From: Acidimicrobiales bacterium
GTDB taxonomy: Bacteria > Actinomycetota > Acidimicrobiia > Acidimicrobiales > CADCSY01
NCBI GenBank assembly: GCA_035512495.1
Contig: DATKDW010000083.1
Location: 6,045-70,044, forward strand
Direction of reading: 5' to 3'
DNA: 64,000 nucleotides
Below the pieces are notes generated by a model. It saw only the letters and a list, made by a program, of their open reading frames with translations, did not search any database and was not told the DNA's origin. This document shows positions 1-9,292 of this stretch, one piece after another. The translations under genes were made by a program, and so were the position numbers. Numbering within the stretch: the first letter of the stretch is position 1; each line of letters starts with the position of its first letter.

Positions 1-1
1 T

Positions 2-454
2 CTCGGCGTCGCCGCCATGGGGGCCTTCATCGAGCGAGCGGCTGAGTCCGGAAGCTGCCTGCTCGTCGTGACTCGGTCGTCGAACATCGAGGGACGCTCG
101 GTTCAGGCATCGATCGGCAGCGGGGGCCGCTCGGTGGAGCAGTCATTGCTCGACGCGATCCGCGAGCTCAACGCTGAGCTTGCGCCCGGAGAGATCGGAC
201 CGGTCGGCGCGGTGATCGGGCCGACGCACATGGACCCCCGCCTGGATTTGGCTGCACCGAACGCGCTGTACCTGGCGCCGGGCGTCGGTCAGCAGGGAGC
301 GACTCCGGACGATGTGGCCCGTGTCTTCAGCTCGTGTCCGGACCGAGTGTTCCCGAGCGCGTCGCGTTCGCTGCTCACCACCGCGGATCCTTCTCGGCTG
401 CGCGACGACGTTGGGGAGCTCGCCGCCGAGTTCCGCCAGCTCCTCGGAGGCTGA
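2..454 (+). CDS. pyrF: orotidine 5'-phosphate decarboxylase, C-terminal part (5' end lies outside the window)
   Basis: The frame of ORF 17..454 stays open to the window edge. GPVGAVIGPTH and LYLAPGVGQQGATPDDV resemble the C-terminal region of type-2 (actinobacterial) OMP decarboxylases. Confidence 0.65.
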   Translation, partial: LGVAAMGAFIERAAESGSCLLVVTRSSNIEGRSVQASIGSGGRSVEQSLLDAIRELNAELAPGEIGPVGAVIGPTHMDPRLDLAAPNALYLAPGVGQQGATPDDVARVFSSCPDRVFPSASRSLLTTADPSRLRDDVGELAAEFRQLLGG

Positions 455-645
455 CCAGCGCACTGGGGAAAGCGACAACTCACCGGGTCAGCCAGCGATG
501 TGAGGTGTCCGCAAAGTGCCGGTGGCCGCGTGGAGGCCGAGCCGCCCCCGGTAGGCGTCCCAGAAGGCCCGACGATTGGGTGATTCGTTCCGACGTTGGT
601 GGCAGCACAGGTTGTTGTCGTTGCTGTTCTGGAACGTCTCGCAGG

Positions 646-1371
646 GTGCGGCCGTCTACGTTCTTCACCGTGCCGGGCGAGTGGGACGACGAGACCGAGA
701 ACTGGCTGCGGTGGGCCAGGACCCCCGGCTTCGACGCGTACTGGTACTACCGGGACGCGTTCTTCGACTCGCTTCTTCCCACTCCTCGCGGACGCACGCT
801 CGAGATCGGGTGCGGTGAAGGACGGGTCGCTCGCGACCTTGGTGAACGGGAACACCAGGTCACAGCGCTCGACTCGGCAGGTGCCCTCGTCCAACACGCG
901 CGCGACGCAGACACGCAAGGCCTCTATCTCGTGGGCGAGGGGGCTCGGCTACCGGTGAGAGACCGCTCCTTCGACCTCGTCGTCGCGTACAACGCCTTGC
1001 AAGTGGTCGATGACATGGCCCAGACGGTGGTCGAGAGCGCCAGAGTGCTTCGCCCAGGTGGTCATCTGTGCTTCTGCGTCGCCCATCCCGTTACCGACAT
1101 GGGACAGTGGATCCATGCGCACGAGACGTCGAGCCTCGCACTGCGAGTCCCGTACTTCGAGAGCACTCGAGTCGAGGACACGGTCGAGAAGGACGGTCTG
1201 CGAATGACCTTCCGCGGTTGGACCTACACGCTGGAGGACTACGCGGTGGCGCTTGAAGACGCCGGCTTCGCGATCGAAGCCATCCGAGAGCCGAAGCCAG
1301 TCGGCGACGACCGCTACCAGCAGTGGGGGGACCTGCCGTTGTTCATGAACGTCCGGGCTGTCAGGCGGTAG
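646..1371 (+). CDS. class I SAM-dependent methyltransferase
   Basis: Taken from ORF 334..1371. SAM motif I is LEIGCGEGRVARDL, followed by DLVVAYNALQ and LRPGGHL. The start is set at in-frame GTG 646 because the upstream part of the ORF is R/P-rich and probably not coding. Confidence 0.8.
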   Translation: MRPSTFFTVPGEWDDETENWLRWARTPGFDAYWYYRDAFFDSLLPTPRGRTLEIGCGEGRVARDLGEREHQVTALDSAGALVQHARDADTQGLYLVGEGARLPVRDRSFDLVVAYNALQVVDDMAQTVVESARVLRPGGHLCFCVAHPVTDMGQWIHAHETSSLALRVPYFESTRVEDTVEKDGLRMTFRGWTYTLEDYAVALEDAGFAIEAIREPKPVGDDRYQQWGDLPLFMNVRAVRR

Positions 1372-1518
1372 TCGTCGGGAGCGTCTCCGGCCTGAGGCAG
1401 CATGCTCGCGGGCATTCCGAGAGCCGTGAGCTCTCAACCACGGGTCTCTCCCAGAACGTGCCGGCCTATCGGCATGGGGCATGGCCCCGAGGTGCCCGTG
1501 CGCAGCGCATAGATCACC

Positions 1519-1620
1519 CGCCCCATAATCCCGACTTCGGTCGATGCCGAGCGTCCCTAACGGCGTGTCGCGAGCGCACGGACGGGCCCGCGCGGCGACC
1601 GCGAACTCAGAATCGCAGTG
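1519..1620 (+). repeat. long-form copy of the intergenic repeat family (degenerate)
   Basis: Begins with CGCCCCATAATCC, one mismatch from the 13-mer CGCTCCATAATCC found at 1981 and 13506. A GC-rich block follows (GCGAGCGCACGGACGGGCCCGCGCGGCGACCGC) that loosely resembles the repeat core. Confidence 0.35.
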
Positions 1621-1969
1621 GCGGATCGTGACGCGGAATCGTGCTTGGTCGGCCCGCGAGCCACCGCAAGAGATCCCCATTGCTTGCCGTACGGTCAACG
1701 AGTGTCGTTCCGAGCGCCTTGCGCTGGTACCGCAGCATGAAGGTGAGCGCCTCGGTGAGAGTTGCTGGCTCGTCTGGCGGCTCCAGACCGTTCGCTCGCC
1801 GAAGGTCGTCGTGATGAAGCCAAACCTCGGCGAGAGACACTGCTCCCACGCCGCCGCGAGCGAGCAGTCGAGGTGCTGGCGTTCGGAGTGCCTCGACGGC
1901 CACATCGAAGGGCAGGCGTCTGAATGCGCGGATCGCAGCTCGCCCTAATTGGCAGAGACCCGAGGGCAC
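1607..1969 (-). pseudogene. mycothiol-dependent maleylpyruvate isomerase / DinB-like family, C-terminal fragment only
   Basis: The 120-aa ORF contains EVWLHHDDLRRANG, typical of the TIGR03085-like family (usually about 200 aa). An in-frame stop lies 3 codons upstream of the GTG. No N-terminal domain fits in the 160 bp before the next gene. Confidence 0.45.
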
Positions 1970-1980
1970 CGCCGATCAGC

Positions 1981-2075
1981 CGCTCCATAATCCAAACGAC
2001 CACACTCCAACACCTCTCGGATATTGGCGCATACGCGGGCCCGCTGCTCAGTCCCAGTCGGCGCGGCGGAGGATC
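1981..2075 (+). repeat. long-form copy of the intergenic repeat family
   Basis: Has the exact 13-mer CGCTCCATAATCC. About 28 nt later comes GGCGCATACGCGGGCCCGCTGC...GGCGCGGCGGAGGATC, related to the cores at 4441, 13547 and 15824. Confidence 0.4.
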
Positions 2076-2130
2076 TCGACTGCAACGTCGCGCACTCGTC
2101 TTACGTCGAGCCGGCCACGGCCTGATGGCA

Positions 2131-2907
2131 TCACGATCGCACTGTCCAAGCGGGGAGGTGTCCGGTGGTGTCGTTGCCGAGCGCAGCCTCGACCTCCGCA
2201 AGATTGGGGATCTGGCCGTAGGTCGATGGGCGGGCTTGGCGGACCGACTCGGACAGGAAGTGGTCAACGGCGGCGTCGTTGACGGGCTCGAGGTCGAGGA
2301 AGGACCAGAGGTCGCTCATGACTGCCCGGGCGTCGCCCGGCGACGACTCGTACAGGTCCTCGTAGTCGACGCTCATCAGTCGATCCGGTCCGAGGCCAGC
2401 GACCGCCGCGTCGACGCGGGCCGTCTCGCCGCAGGTCCACTCCATGCGACTGGCCACCTCCGCGACATCGAGGGCCGGATGGCCCCTGTAGTAGTCGGCG
2501 AGGTCCCTCTCCGCGTCCCACGTCTTCCACAACCCCGTGCGCTCAGCGACCACCTGCGAGACGGCGGTTTGCAGCACATTGCGCCGCCGTAACGCGACGA
2601 CCTTCACCTCTGGCCGGCCCACGAGTGCCGCCAGCGCCGCGTCGTCGATCTGGTAGCTGAGCTCCTTGAGCCCCGTGAAGGCGGCGAACAGCTCGTCGAG
2701 CAGGCCCTCGAACAACTCACCGTTGCCGAGCCGGGCCACATAGTCCGGGTTGCTCGCATCCCAGCTTGCGAAGTTCTCGTTGAACGGCTCGTTCACGATC
2801 GACACCTGTGGATGCCGGTCGAGTATCTCGACCAGGCTGTTGCTGCCACTGCGCGGGTGGGCGAGCACGACCACCCGCCATGGCCACCTGGCTCCCCCAT
2901 TCGACAT
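2131..2907 (-). CDS. sulfotransferase family protein (Stf0-like)
   Basis: From ORF 2131..2961. The PAPS-binding loop is VVLAHPRSGSNSL near the N-terminus. The start is moved to ATG 2907 (MSNGGARW). Confidence 0.7.
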   Translation of the reverse strand: MSNGGARWPWRVVVLAHPRSGSNSLVEILDRHPQVSIVNEPFNENFASWDASNPDYVARLGNGELFEGLLDELFAAFTGLKELSYQIDDAALAALVGRPEVKVVALRRRNVLQTAVSQVVAERTGLWKTWDAERDLADYYRGHPALDVAEVASRMEWTCGETARVDAAVAGLGPDRLMSVDYEDLYESSPGDARAVMSDLWSFLDLEPVNDAAVDHFLSESVRQARPSTYGQIPNLAEVEAALGNDTTGHLPAWTVRS

Positions 2908-3055
2908 CGCGGCGCACCCTACGGCCGCCGTGGTGACAGAGCACGAGACTTTCGGCCCCATGGCCGACGTGGTCCGGCCCGAACCCGGCTGGTCTCAGCG
3001 AGGCGTACAGAACGCCGACCGTCGGCGCGGCAAGAAGTGACGTGCGGACGCTGGC

Positions 3056-3595
3056 TTGAGGACGGAGACTCGCGTCGTGGGTGATGCGGACTACGAGGAG
3101 ATTCGGCGGTGCATTGCGAGCGGCACCGCTCGCCTCGAGGTCCGGGCGCTCAGTCCCGACCATCTTGTCGCCATCACTTGGTCCGGGAACCCCACCCACA
3201 TCGAGAACGTGGCGCGCCAGCTCGAACGAGTACCTTCGGGCGAGGTCCAGTACTTGGCCGTCTTCGTCGACGGAGAACCGGTATCGAAGGGCGGTGTCGA
3301 CTTCGCGAAGGAGCCTGGCGCCGGCACCATCTGGCAGCTGGCTACCCACCCTCGGCTCGAAGGTCTCGGGCTCGCCACGACGCTCATCGGAGAGCTCGAG
3401 CTCCGGGCAGCACAGCGCGGCATCACCAACTTGCGGCTAGGTGTCGAGCCAGACAACGAACGCGCCCTCCGTCTCTACGAGCACTTGGGCTACCGCAGGA
3501 TCGGTGAGTCCGAAGCTTCCTGGGAAGCTGAACGCAGTGACGGTTCGCGTTTCCTCCACACGACGAGGATCGCCGAAATGTCAAAGCCAGCCTGA
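3056..3595 (+). CDS. GNAT family N-acetyltransferase
   Basis: The acetyl-CoA motif is LATHPRLEGLGLATTLI, followed by NERALRLYEHLGYR. The start is uncertain: TTG 3056 or GTG 3077. Confidence 0.8.
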   Translation: MRTETRVVGDADYEEIRRCIASGTARLEVRALSPDHLVAITWSGNPTHIENVARQLERVPSGEVQYLAVFVDGEPVSKGGVDFAKEPGAGTIWQLATHPRLEGLGLATTLIGELELRAAQRGITNLRLGVEPDNERALRLYEHLGYRRIGESEASWEAERSDGSRFLHTTRIAEMSKPA

Positions 3596-3622
3596 GTCGG
3601 AGCTGGACCGCACGGAAGGCAC

Positions 3623-3643
3623 CCGAACCAGGCTCGGGTTCGG
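3623..3643 (+). terminator. hairpin downstream of the GNAT gene
   Basis: CCGAACC-aggctcg-GGTTCGG is a 7-bp perfect stem followed by TTG. It lies 28 nt after stop codon 3595. Confidence 0.35.
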
Positions 3644-3736
3644 TTGCAACAGAACGCGCGTCCCGAATGCCACCGTCTCGACCCCAAGACGCGCAAGAGA
3701 ACGGCGCATCGCGCGCACGCTCCGTGCCGGAGCCGA

Positions 3737-4369
3737 TTAGTTCTCGCGCGGGCAGCCAGCTTCGAAGGGAACGCAGTCGAGCAGCGACCCGCCGGCTGCG
3801 GTCCATTGCTGCTCATCGACGGCAACGAGGTGCGCAGCGAGCTCGTTGAGATCGACGCCGACGTCGTATGTCAGCAACGTCGTGGTGTAGTCGGCCGTCA
3901 CTTCGAGGATCACGACCGCCGGATTGCCGTCGACCGCGGCCGACACCAGCGCCGGTTGCCCGTCGACGACCTCCGATCGGAGCTCGAAGCCCGGGAGTTG
4001 ACCGCGCCGCCGTTCGAGACCTGTCCTGTGACCGAAAGTTGTGACGTGCGGGATCGTGTACGAGCCATCGGCGTTGTCCCTGCGAGGTCCGTCGTACTCC
4101 GCGAACCAGTCAACATCCGGGTCCCGCGCCTCAAGTGCGCCGAGGCCTGCCCGGTAGTCGACCGCCTCCGTCAGCTGCCACGTCGGCTCGCCGAGCAGCA
4201 TGAGATGGACTTCGTCTGCCGTTGACTCGGTGCGAGACGTCGAGGTTGCGCTCGCGCTCGGTTGGCTGCTGCCGTCCGTACCGGTGTCATCGCCGCAGGA
4301 GCCAACGACCATGAGCGCGGCTGCAGTCACCAGCCCGGCTCGTGCTCTCGGAGCGCGCCGTCGCCTCAC
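3737..4369 (-). CDS. putative lipoprotein, unknown function
   Basis: The N-terminus MRRRRAPRARAGLVTAAALMVVGSCGDD has a positive n-region, a hydrophobic core and a lipobox-like VGSC. A Ser/Thr-rich linker follows. Confidence 0.65.
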   Translation of the reverse strand: MRRRRAPRARAGLVTAAALMVVGSCGDDTGTDGSSQPSASATSTSRTESTADEVHLMLLGEPTWQLTEAVDYRAGLGALEARDPDVDWFAEYDGPRRDNADGSYTIPHVTTFGHRTGLERRRGQLPGFELRSEVVDGQPALVSAAVDGNPAVVILEVTADYTTTLLTYDVGVDLNELAAHLVAVDEQQWTAAGGSLLDCVPFEAGCPREN

Positions 4370-4382
4370 CGAGACATCCTAG

Positions 4383-4409
4383 TCGCGAGCGCCAAACGCG
4401 CGCTCGCGA
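4383..4409 (-). terminator. perfect 9-bp hairpin between the GNAT (4518) and lipoprotein genes
   Basis: TCGCGAGCG-ccaaacgcg-CGCTCGCGA, read directly from the sequence. Confidence 0.35.
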
Positions 4410-4440
4410 ATCCGGCTTCCGGTCACGGCAGAGCCGCACA

Positions 4441-4512
4441 GACCGGCGCTTCTCCAGCGACGAGCGGGTTGCCGACTGGCGACCAGGAGCGCCGTCCCGA
4501 GCGGCACTTCGG
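4441..4512 (+). repeat. intergenic repeat family, copy A
   Basis: GACCGGCGCTTCTCCAGCGACGAGCGGG...GAGCGGCACTTCGG aligns block-wise with 13547-13625. The CGGCACTTCGG end sits 6 nt from the stop of the minus-strand GNAT gene (4518). Confidence 0.6.
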
Positions 4513-4517
4513 TACGG

Positions 4518-5222
4518 CTACCGATGCGCGTCCTCTGCCAACTCTCGAAGGGACCTCCGTTGACCGCCTCCCTCAACGAAGTTGTCTGCGGACAGCCAAT
4601 TCTTGAAGGCGGGACGGAGCTTTTCCCAGTCAGCATCGGTGATGGCGAACCAGGCGGTGTCGCGGTTGCGGCCCTTGTAGTGCGTCGCCTGCCGGAACGT
4701 TCCCTCGTAGAGGAAGCCGAGTCGCTCGGCGGCCGACCGTGACGGGGCGTTCAAGTCATCGCATTTCCACTCGCAGCGTCGATAACCGAGGTCGAAGCAG
4801 TGGTCGATCATGAGGTAGAGAGCTTCGGTCGCTGCTGTGGTTCGTTGCAGCGACGGAGAGAAGGCGATCGAGCCGATCTCGAGAACACCGCTTTGTTGGT
4901 CGACTCGGAGGTAGCTGGCGAAGCCGACAGGTTTGCTGTCAAGGGTGATGGCGTACGGCTGCCGGTCTGAGTGTCCTGTCATGGCATCGAGTGCGCTTGT
5001 CAGCTCCTCCGGGTTCTGGAACGGGCCGATGGCCATGTAGGTCCAGAGGGATGGGGACGCCTCGGCGAAGGCGGCGAACAGACCGTCGGTGTGCAGCCGC
5101 CTGTCGAGTGGCTCCAATTGAACGAGGTCTCCGGTCAGACCGGTGGGCGATGGCATCGCCGGCGGGGCCCATGCGCCGAGGGCGACGCCGACCGGCTGAC
5201 CGAACTGGTTGACGTCGTGCAC
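4518..5222 (-). CDS. GNAT family N-acetyltransferase (RimJ/RimL-like, about 230 aa)
   Basis: Contains LEIGSIAFSPSLQRTTAATEALYLMIDHCFDLGYRRCEWKCDDLNAPSRSAAERLGFLYEGTFR. Confidence 0.85.
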   Translation of the reverse strand: MHDVNQFGQPVGVALGAWAPPAMPSPTGLTGDLVQLEPLDRRLHTDGLFAAFAEASPSLWTYMAIGPFQNPEELTSALDAMTGHSDRQPYAITLDSKPVGFASYLRVDQQSGVLEIGSIAFSPSLQRTTAATEALYLMIDHCFDLGYRRCEWKCDDLNAPSRSAAERLGFLYEGTFRQATHYKGRNRDTAWFAITDADWEKLRPAFKNWLSADNFVEGGGQRRSLRELAEDAHR

Positions 5223-5698
5223 CTCATGACGGTAGCGACGGTGACTTCGCTGGCAGGTGCGCTTTCCGGCCGTTCCGGGATACTGCGGGCACTGAACCGC
5301 AGCCGCACTCGCCCACGGTCGACGTGGGCGACGCCTAGTCGAACCGGACCGCCGCCGACGACGAGGCCAGCCTCGACGACGGGTGATCGTCCGCTCCGAC
5401 AGTTGGGCACGCGGACAAAAGACGCCTTCCGCCGCAGATGTCGTTCAACCTCTGGCGGTGACGAAGTTGAGGAGATGGTTGGGCACAGAGGGCAGGCAGG
5501 CCTCGCTGTGACGCAGCGAACATCCGCACCGAACGCCCGACGCCGCCCGAACACCGTGGAACGGCTCGCTGCAGCCGCCCAGAACGCGCGCTCCAGAACA
5601 CGGTCATGCCGATCGGGCAAGCCGAGCAGCACTGCGCTTCGCCGAAGCGCTGCGTAGCCGGCGATCTGGGCAGGTCACGGCATCGTTTATCGGTGAGA

Positions 5699-6673
5699 AT
5701 GGGCTTGGTGGAACGACCTCCAGATGCAGATCGGAGAGCGCCTCGGCCGGTGTCGGAGCCGACGCCGAGGGCTGTCGCAGACGTACTCGCTGGGCTCCTC
5801 CCCGGGGTCGACTCAACCGTTGTCGACTGGGGTCAGTGGGACACCGACGGCGATCCCCGGTACCACCGGCGCGGCGTCCTGCTCGCAGGAGGCGAGCTCT
5901 TCGCCAAGTTCGCGTGGTCGGAGGAGGCCGCCGACCCGATCGCACGCGAAGGCCGCATCCTGGAGATCCTCGGACGCACGTCGTTTCCCGCTCCGGAGAT
6001 CGTTGCCGTCCACCCCGACAAGGCTCTGTTCGTGACTCGCCTCGTGCCGGGCGGGCCCGTGACCCCAGCGGGCCTCGGTCAACTGAGCCCGAGGGGCCTC
6101 GACCGCTTCGCCGGCCAGCTCGTCGAGGCCCTCGTGGAGCTTCGCTCCCCCGGGCTGCGAAACGACCTCGTCGCACTCGCCGACCCGAAGCCGCCCAGGG
6201 CCCAGGCAGACCCCGAGGAGCTCCGGGCCGACCTCGAACCGATGATTCGTCCCGATCAGTGGCGTCGCGTGCTCGCACTGCTTGAACGGGTCGAGCTCGT
6301 CCTCGCAACACCAGGGCCTGATCCGGTCGTCCTGCACGGCGACCTGCACGGCTACAACCTCGTCTGGGACGGAGAGCATCTGGCGGCGGTGTGCGACTTC
6401 GAGAGCCTCGCAGTCGGTGACCCTTCCTTCGAGGTCCGGTATTTGCCGGACAACGCCCCCAAGCAGACCTACGTCCGTGCGGTGCTCGACGGGCTTCGCC
6501 GCGCCGGTCACGACGACGATCTGGAGCGCGCACTTGCCTGGCATGTGCTGACTCGTCTGGGCGATGCCCGTTGGCGGACGCTGGCCGGGGTCGATCTCCC
6601 GGGCGGCGGGACGCCTGCGCAGTGGGTCGACGAGCTGTTCGCAGTCCTGGCCGAACACGCTGCCCTCATCTGA
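5699..6673 (+). CDS. aminoglycoside/choline-kinase-type phosphotransferase (APH family)
   Basis: The catalytic loop is VVLHGDLHGYNLVW, with CDFESLAVGDPSFEVRYL (the DFE corresponds to DxG/DFD). The start is placed at ATG 5699. The upstream part of ORF 5606 overlaps repeat-like sequence. Confidence 0.75.
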   Translation: MGLVERPPDADRRAPRPVSEPTPRAVADVLAGLLPGVDSTVVDWGQWDTDGDPRYHRRGVLLAGGELFAKFAWSEEAADPIAREGRILEILGRTSFPAPEIVAVHPDKALFVTRLVPGGPVTPAGLGQLSPRGLDRFAGQLVEALVELRSPGLRNDLVALADPKPPRAQADPEELRADLEPMIRPDQWRRVLALLERVELVLATPGPDPVVLHGDLHGYNLVWDGEHLAAVCDFESLAVGDPSFEVRYLPDNAPKQTYVRAVLDGLRRAGHDDDLERALAWHVLTRLGDARWRTLAGVDLPGGGTPAQWVDELFAVLAEHAALI

Positions 6674-6710
6674 ACAGAGAGTTCGCTCGTTCCGTTCGGG
6701 CGAATGCCGC

Positions 6711-7346
6711 TCAGGGGGCGTCCCATCCGTCGGGCAGTTCAGTTGGTTCGAGCATCTCGTCGGGGACCCCACGGGTCCAGGTCGCCTCATCGAACGGCCA
6801 CGTCCGGTCGCGGATGTCCGCAATGGCTAACTCGGCGGTGGCGTGAATCGATCGAGCTTCGGTGGAGCCGAACAGGCCGACCTCGACTGCGAACTCGAGT
6901 TCGTCGGCGTCCTTCAGCCGCCACTCGTCCAAGTCCGCAGAGACCGTGACATCGAGGACGTCATCACGCGAGTCGAAGCCGACCGTGGTACGGGCCCAAG
7001 GCTGTTCGAGGTTGACGTACCACCCCACGAACCGATTCTCCGTGACATCCCAGGTTCGGATTACCGAGTAGCTGCGGCCGACGGGATGGAGGCGTACGCA
7101 GGGCGGACGGTCCCAGGTGTCGTGGCGTCTCGACCCATCCCATGTGCCCGGCAGGAACGACCTGCCGCGCGGTCCGCCGCGCTCGGCAATTCGCCGCACG
7201 ATCGGCGAGCCAGTCGGCTGGACGACCGCAGCGACGTCGGGCTCATCAAGCAGGACCCGACACCCGAAGACATACCCGACGTCACCACCCGGGCGGGATC
7301 GCCACACCACCTGGGTTCCCGAGGAGAACGGTCGGTCACGACGCAT
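6711..7346 (-). CDS. DUF402 domain protein (FomD-like nucleotide phosphatase fold)
   Basis: WYVNLEQP...DDVLDVTVSADLDEWRLKDADELE is characteristic of DUF402. The start is moved to ATG 7346. Confidence 0.6.
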   Translation of the reverse strand: MRRDRPFSSGTQVVWRSRPGGDVGYVFGCRVLLDEPDVAAVVQPTGSPIVRRIAERGGPRGRSFLPGTWDGSRRHDTWDRPPCVRLHPVGRSYSVIRTWDVTENRFVGWYVNLEQPWARTTVGFDSRDDVLDVTVSADLDEWRLKDADELEFAVEVGLFGSTEARSIHATAELAIADIRDRTWPFDEATWTRGVPDEMLEPTELPDGWDAP

Positions 7347-7494
7347 GCGTCGAGTCTGCACCGGATGCGGAGAGCACCTCTCCCCAAGTGCCAGTAATTG
7401 GCACCAGCTATCAGCCGCTCCGAAATCCGTCACCCTTACCCGACCGGGAACTACCTATCGCCGCGTATTCGGTGATCGAGAGCAGACTGACATT

Positions 7495-8028
7495 GTGAGA
7501 AGGGTTGCCGTAGTCGGAGGTCCCGGGTCTGGGAAGTCGACCGTCGCTCGCCTCATCGCCGACCGACTGGACGCCCCGCTGGTCGAGCTCGACGCCCTGT
7601 GGTGGCAGCCGGACTGGGTGCCGACTGACCTCACCCAGTTCCGCAGCGACGTCCGGACCGTCTCCAACACGCCAGCGTGGGTCATCGAGGGCAACTACCT
7701 CGACGAGGTTGGTCGCGACATCGTCTTGCCGCGGGCCGACACGCTCGTGTGGCTCGATCCGCCCCGCCGGATCGCGATCGGTCGCGCCCTTCGTCGGAGC
7801 GTGGGTCGCCTCGTCCGACGCACCGAGCTCTGGGACACGAACCGGCAAGGGATCTCGACGTTGAGCCCAGCCTCTGTCGTGCGGCTGATCAAGAGATGGC
7901 CGGGCTACTCGAAGCTCATCGAGGAGACGCTCGCCAGCGGCCAGTACCCGCACCTGTCCGTGCACCGTTTGCGCAACGACCGAGAGTTCACCGCCTGGCT
8001 CGATCTCGACGGTCACCAGCACAGATAA
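7495..8028 (+). CDS. small P-loop NTPase/kinase (adenylate-kinase / topology-modulation-like)
   Basis: The Walker A motif is VVGGPGSGKSTVARLIA at the N-terminus when started at GTG 7495. The upstream part of ORF 7117 overlaps the DUF402 gene in antisense. Confidence 0.7.
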   Translation: MRRVAVVGGPGSGKSTVARLIADRLDAPLVELDALWWQPDWVPTDLTQFRSDVRTVSNTPAWVIEGNYLDEVGRDIVLPRADTLVWLDPPRRIAIGRALRRSVGRLVRRTELWDTNRQGISTLSPASVVRLIKRWPGYSKLIEETLASGQYPHLSVHRLRNDREFTAWLDLDGHQHR

Positions 8029-8050
8029 CGTCGACCGAGGCCAGCACGGG

Positions 8051-8488
8051 TCAGGTGTTCGGCCCATGTTGGACTGCGAAGAAGGCGTCAGCCGCGTCGA
8101 TCGAGGAGGGTGTGAAGCGGCACATCCTTGTCGTCGGGAGATCTAGCGATGGCACGAACCGCGGATCCCACGCGGATTGGTCGGCGCCGAGGTACCTCGC
8201 AAACGTCCTCATGGCTCGGCCACGGACCACGGGGATGATCTCGGACCTGCCTCGGGCGCGGACGTGGACTACCTCCCCGGTGACGATGTCGCAGACGTCG
8301 ACGACGACTACGAGTCGCTCGCCGGCGCTGACGAGCCGGTGAAGTACGTTCGCGGTGTCTGTGAGCCAGTAGAACGTTCGCTCCTCATACAAGTACCAGA
8401 CGGGGCGCAAGGTCGGTCCATTCGTGGCCACCCTGGCAACGAGTGATCGTTGAAGGAAGGCGTTGATGTCGACCTGGTCCCCTCGCAC
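8051..8488 (-). CDS. pyridoxamine 5'-phosphate oxidase family protein
   Basis: LVARVATNGPTLRPVWYLYEERTFYWLTD is a typical PPOX split-barrel N-terminus. GTG 8488 is chosen because the longer ORF overlaps the next gene. Confidence 0.65.
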   Translation of the reverse strand: MRGDQVDINAFLQRSLVARVATNGPTLRPVWYLYEERTFYWLTDTANVLHRLVSAGERLVVVVDVCDIVTGEVVHVRARGRSEIIPVVRGRAMRTFARYLGADQSAWDPRFVPSLDLPTTRMCRFTPSSIDAADAFFAVQHGPNT

Positions 8489-8552
8489 ACGCGGATCGTC
8501 GCACGCGGCACGCGTGGACCTCAAAGTCGAACGGGTCAGCTCTTGAGGTGGG

Positions 8553-9035
8553 TCACGTCGGTGGGTCGTAGGTCGCCAGCTCTTCGTCCGAGGGCGCCTC
8601 GTAGCTACCGCACCACTCGTCGAGTTCCGCACGAGCGATCGAGCGCGACGCCCACTTCCCTTCGAGGTCGCGTTCGACGATCCGCCTCCACAGCTCCTCA
8701 ACCGGAGCCGTGACATAGCGCAACTCGACGAGGGCGCCGACGGAGCGGGCGGAGTCCCGTAGAGCCTCCCTCTCCTCACGCGCCCAGACACCCCATTCGA
8801 TGACCACGTTCTCTCCAGCAGAAAGGAGTGTGAGAGCGAGCTCCAACTGGAACTGCTCGATGCGGGCCCGGGCGTCGGCGTCCCAGAGGTCGATCCCAGA
8901 CGCCATCATCCAGTCGTCCGGGCACATCCGAGCCGCAGGCATCGACGCTGCCAGTTCAAGAGCGAGACTGGTCTTGCCGCTGCCAGGAAGCCCGGTGATC
9001 ACCACGAGTCGTCCCACGCCTGACCTGCTGTCCAC
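8553..9035 (-). CDS. AAA_33 / zeta-toxin-like P-loop kinase
   Basis: The Walker A motif is VVITGLPGSGKTSLALELA. The protein is about 160 aa. The start is uncertain; several GTG codons occur at 9035-9041. Confidence 0.6.
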   Translation of the reverse strand: MDSRSGVGRLVVITGLPGSGKTSLALELAASMPAARMCPDDWMMASGIDLWDADARARIEQFQLELALTLLSAGENVVIEWGVWAREEREALRDSARSVGALVELRYVTAPVEELWRRIVERDLEGKWASRSIARAELDEWCGSYEAPSDEELATYDPPT

Positions 9036-9292
9036 CACGAGGACCACGATTGCACAGCGGAGGATGCGGGACTCAGGCCCTTGTGCTGGCGCGACGCCGA
9101 GGCGCTCTCCCTCCGACTCGCTCGAGCCCTCGCCACCTTGGCACCGCACCGATCGTGCGTACCGAACGCCGTCGCAGTGACCCGTCAGCGGCCTCGGTGC
9201 CACGTTCGTCCCGCCGGCAATCGGCGCTGCCTGGCAGGCGCCCAAGCCAGAAATCGACGGGCATCTGCTATTGGACCAGGAAAGATAGGGAT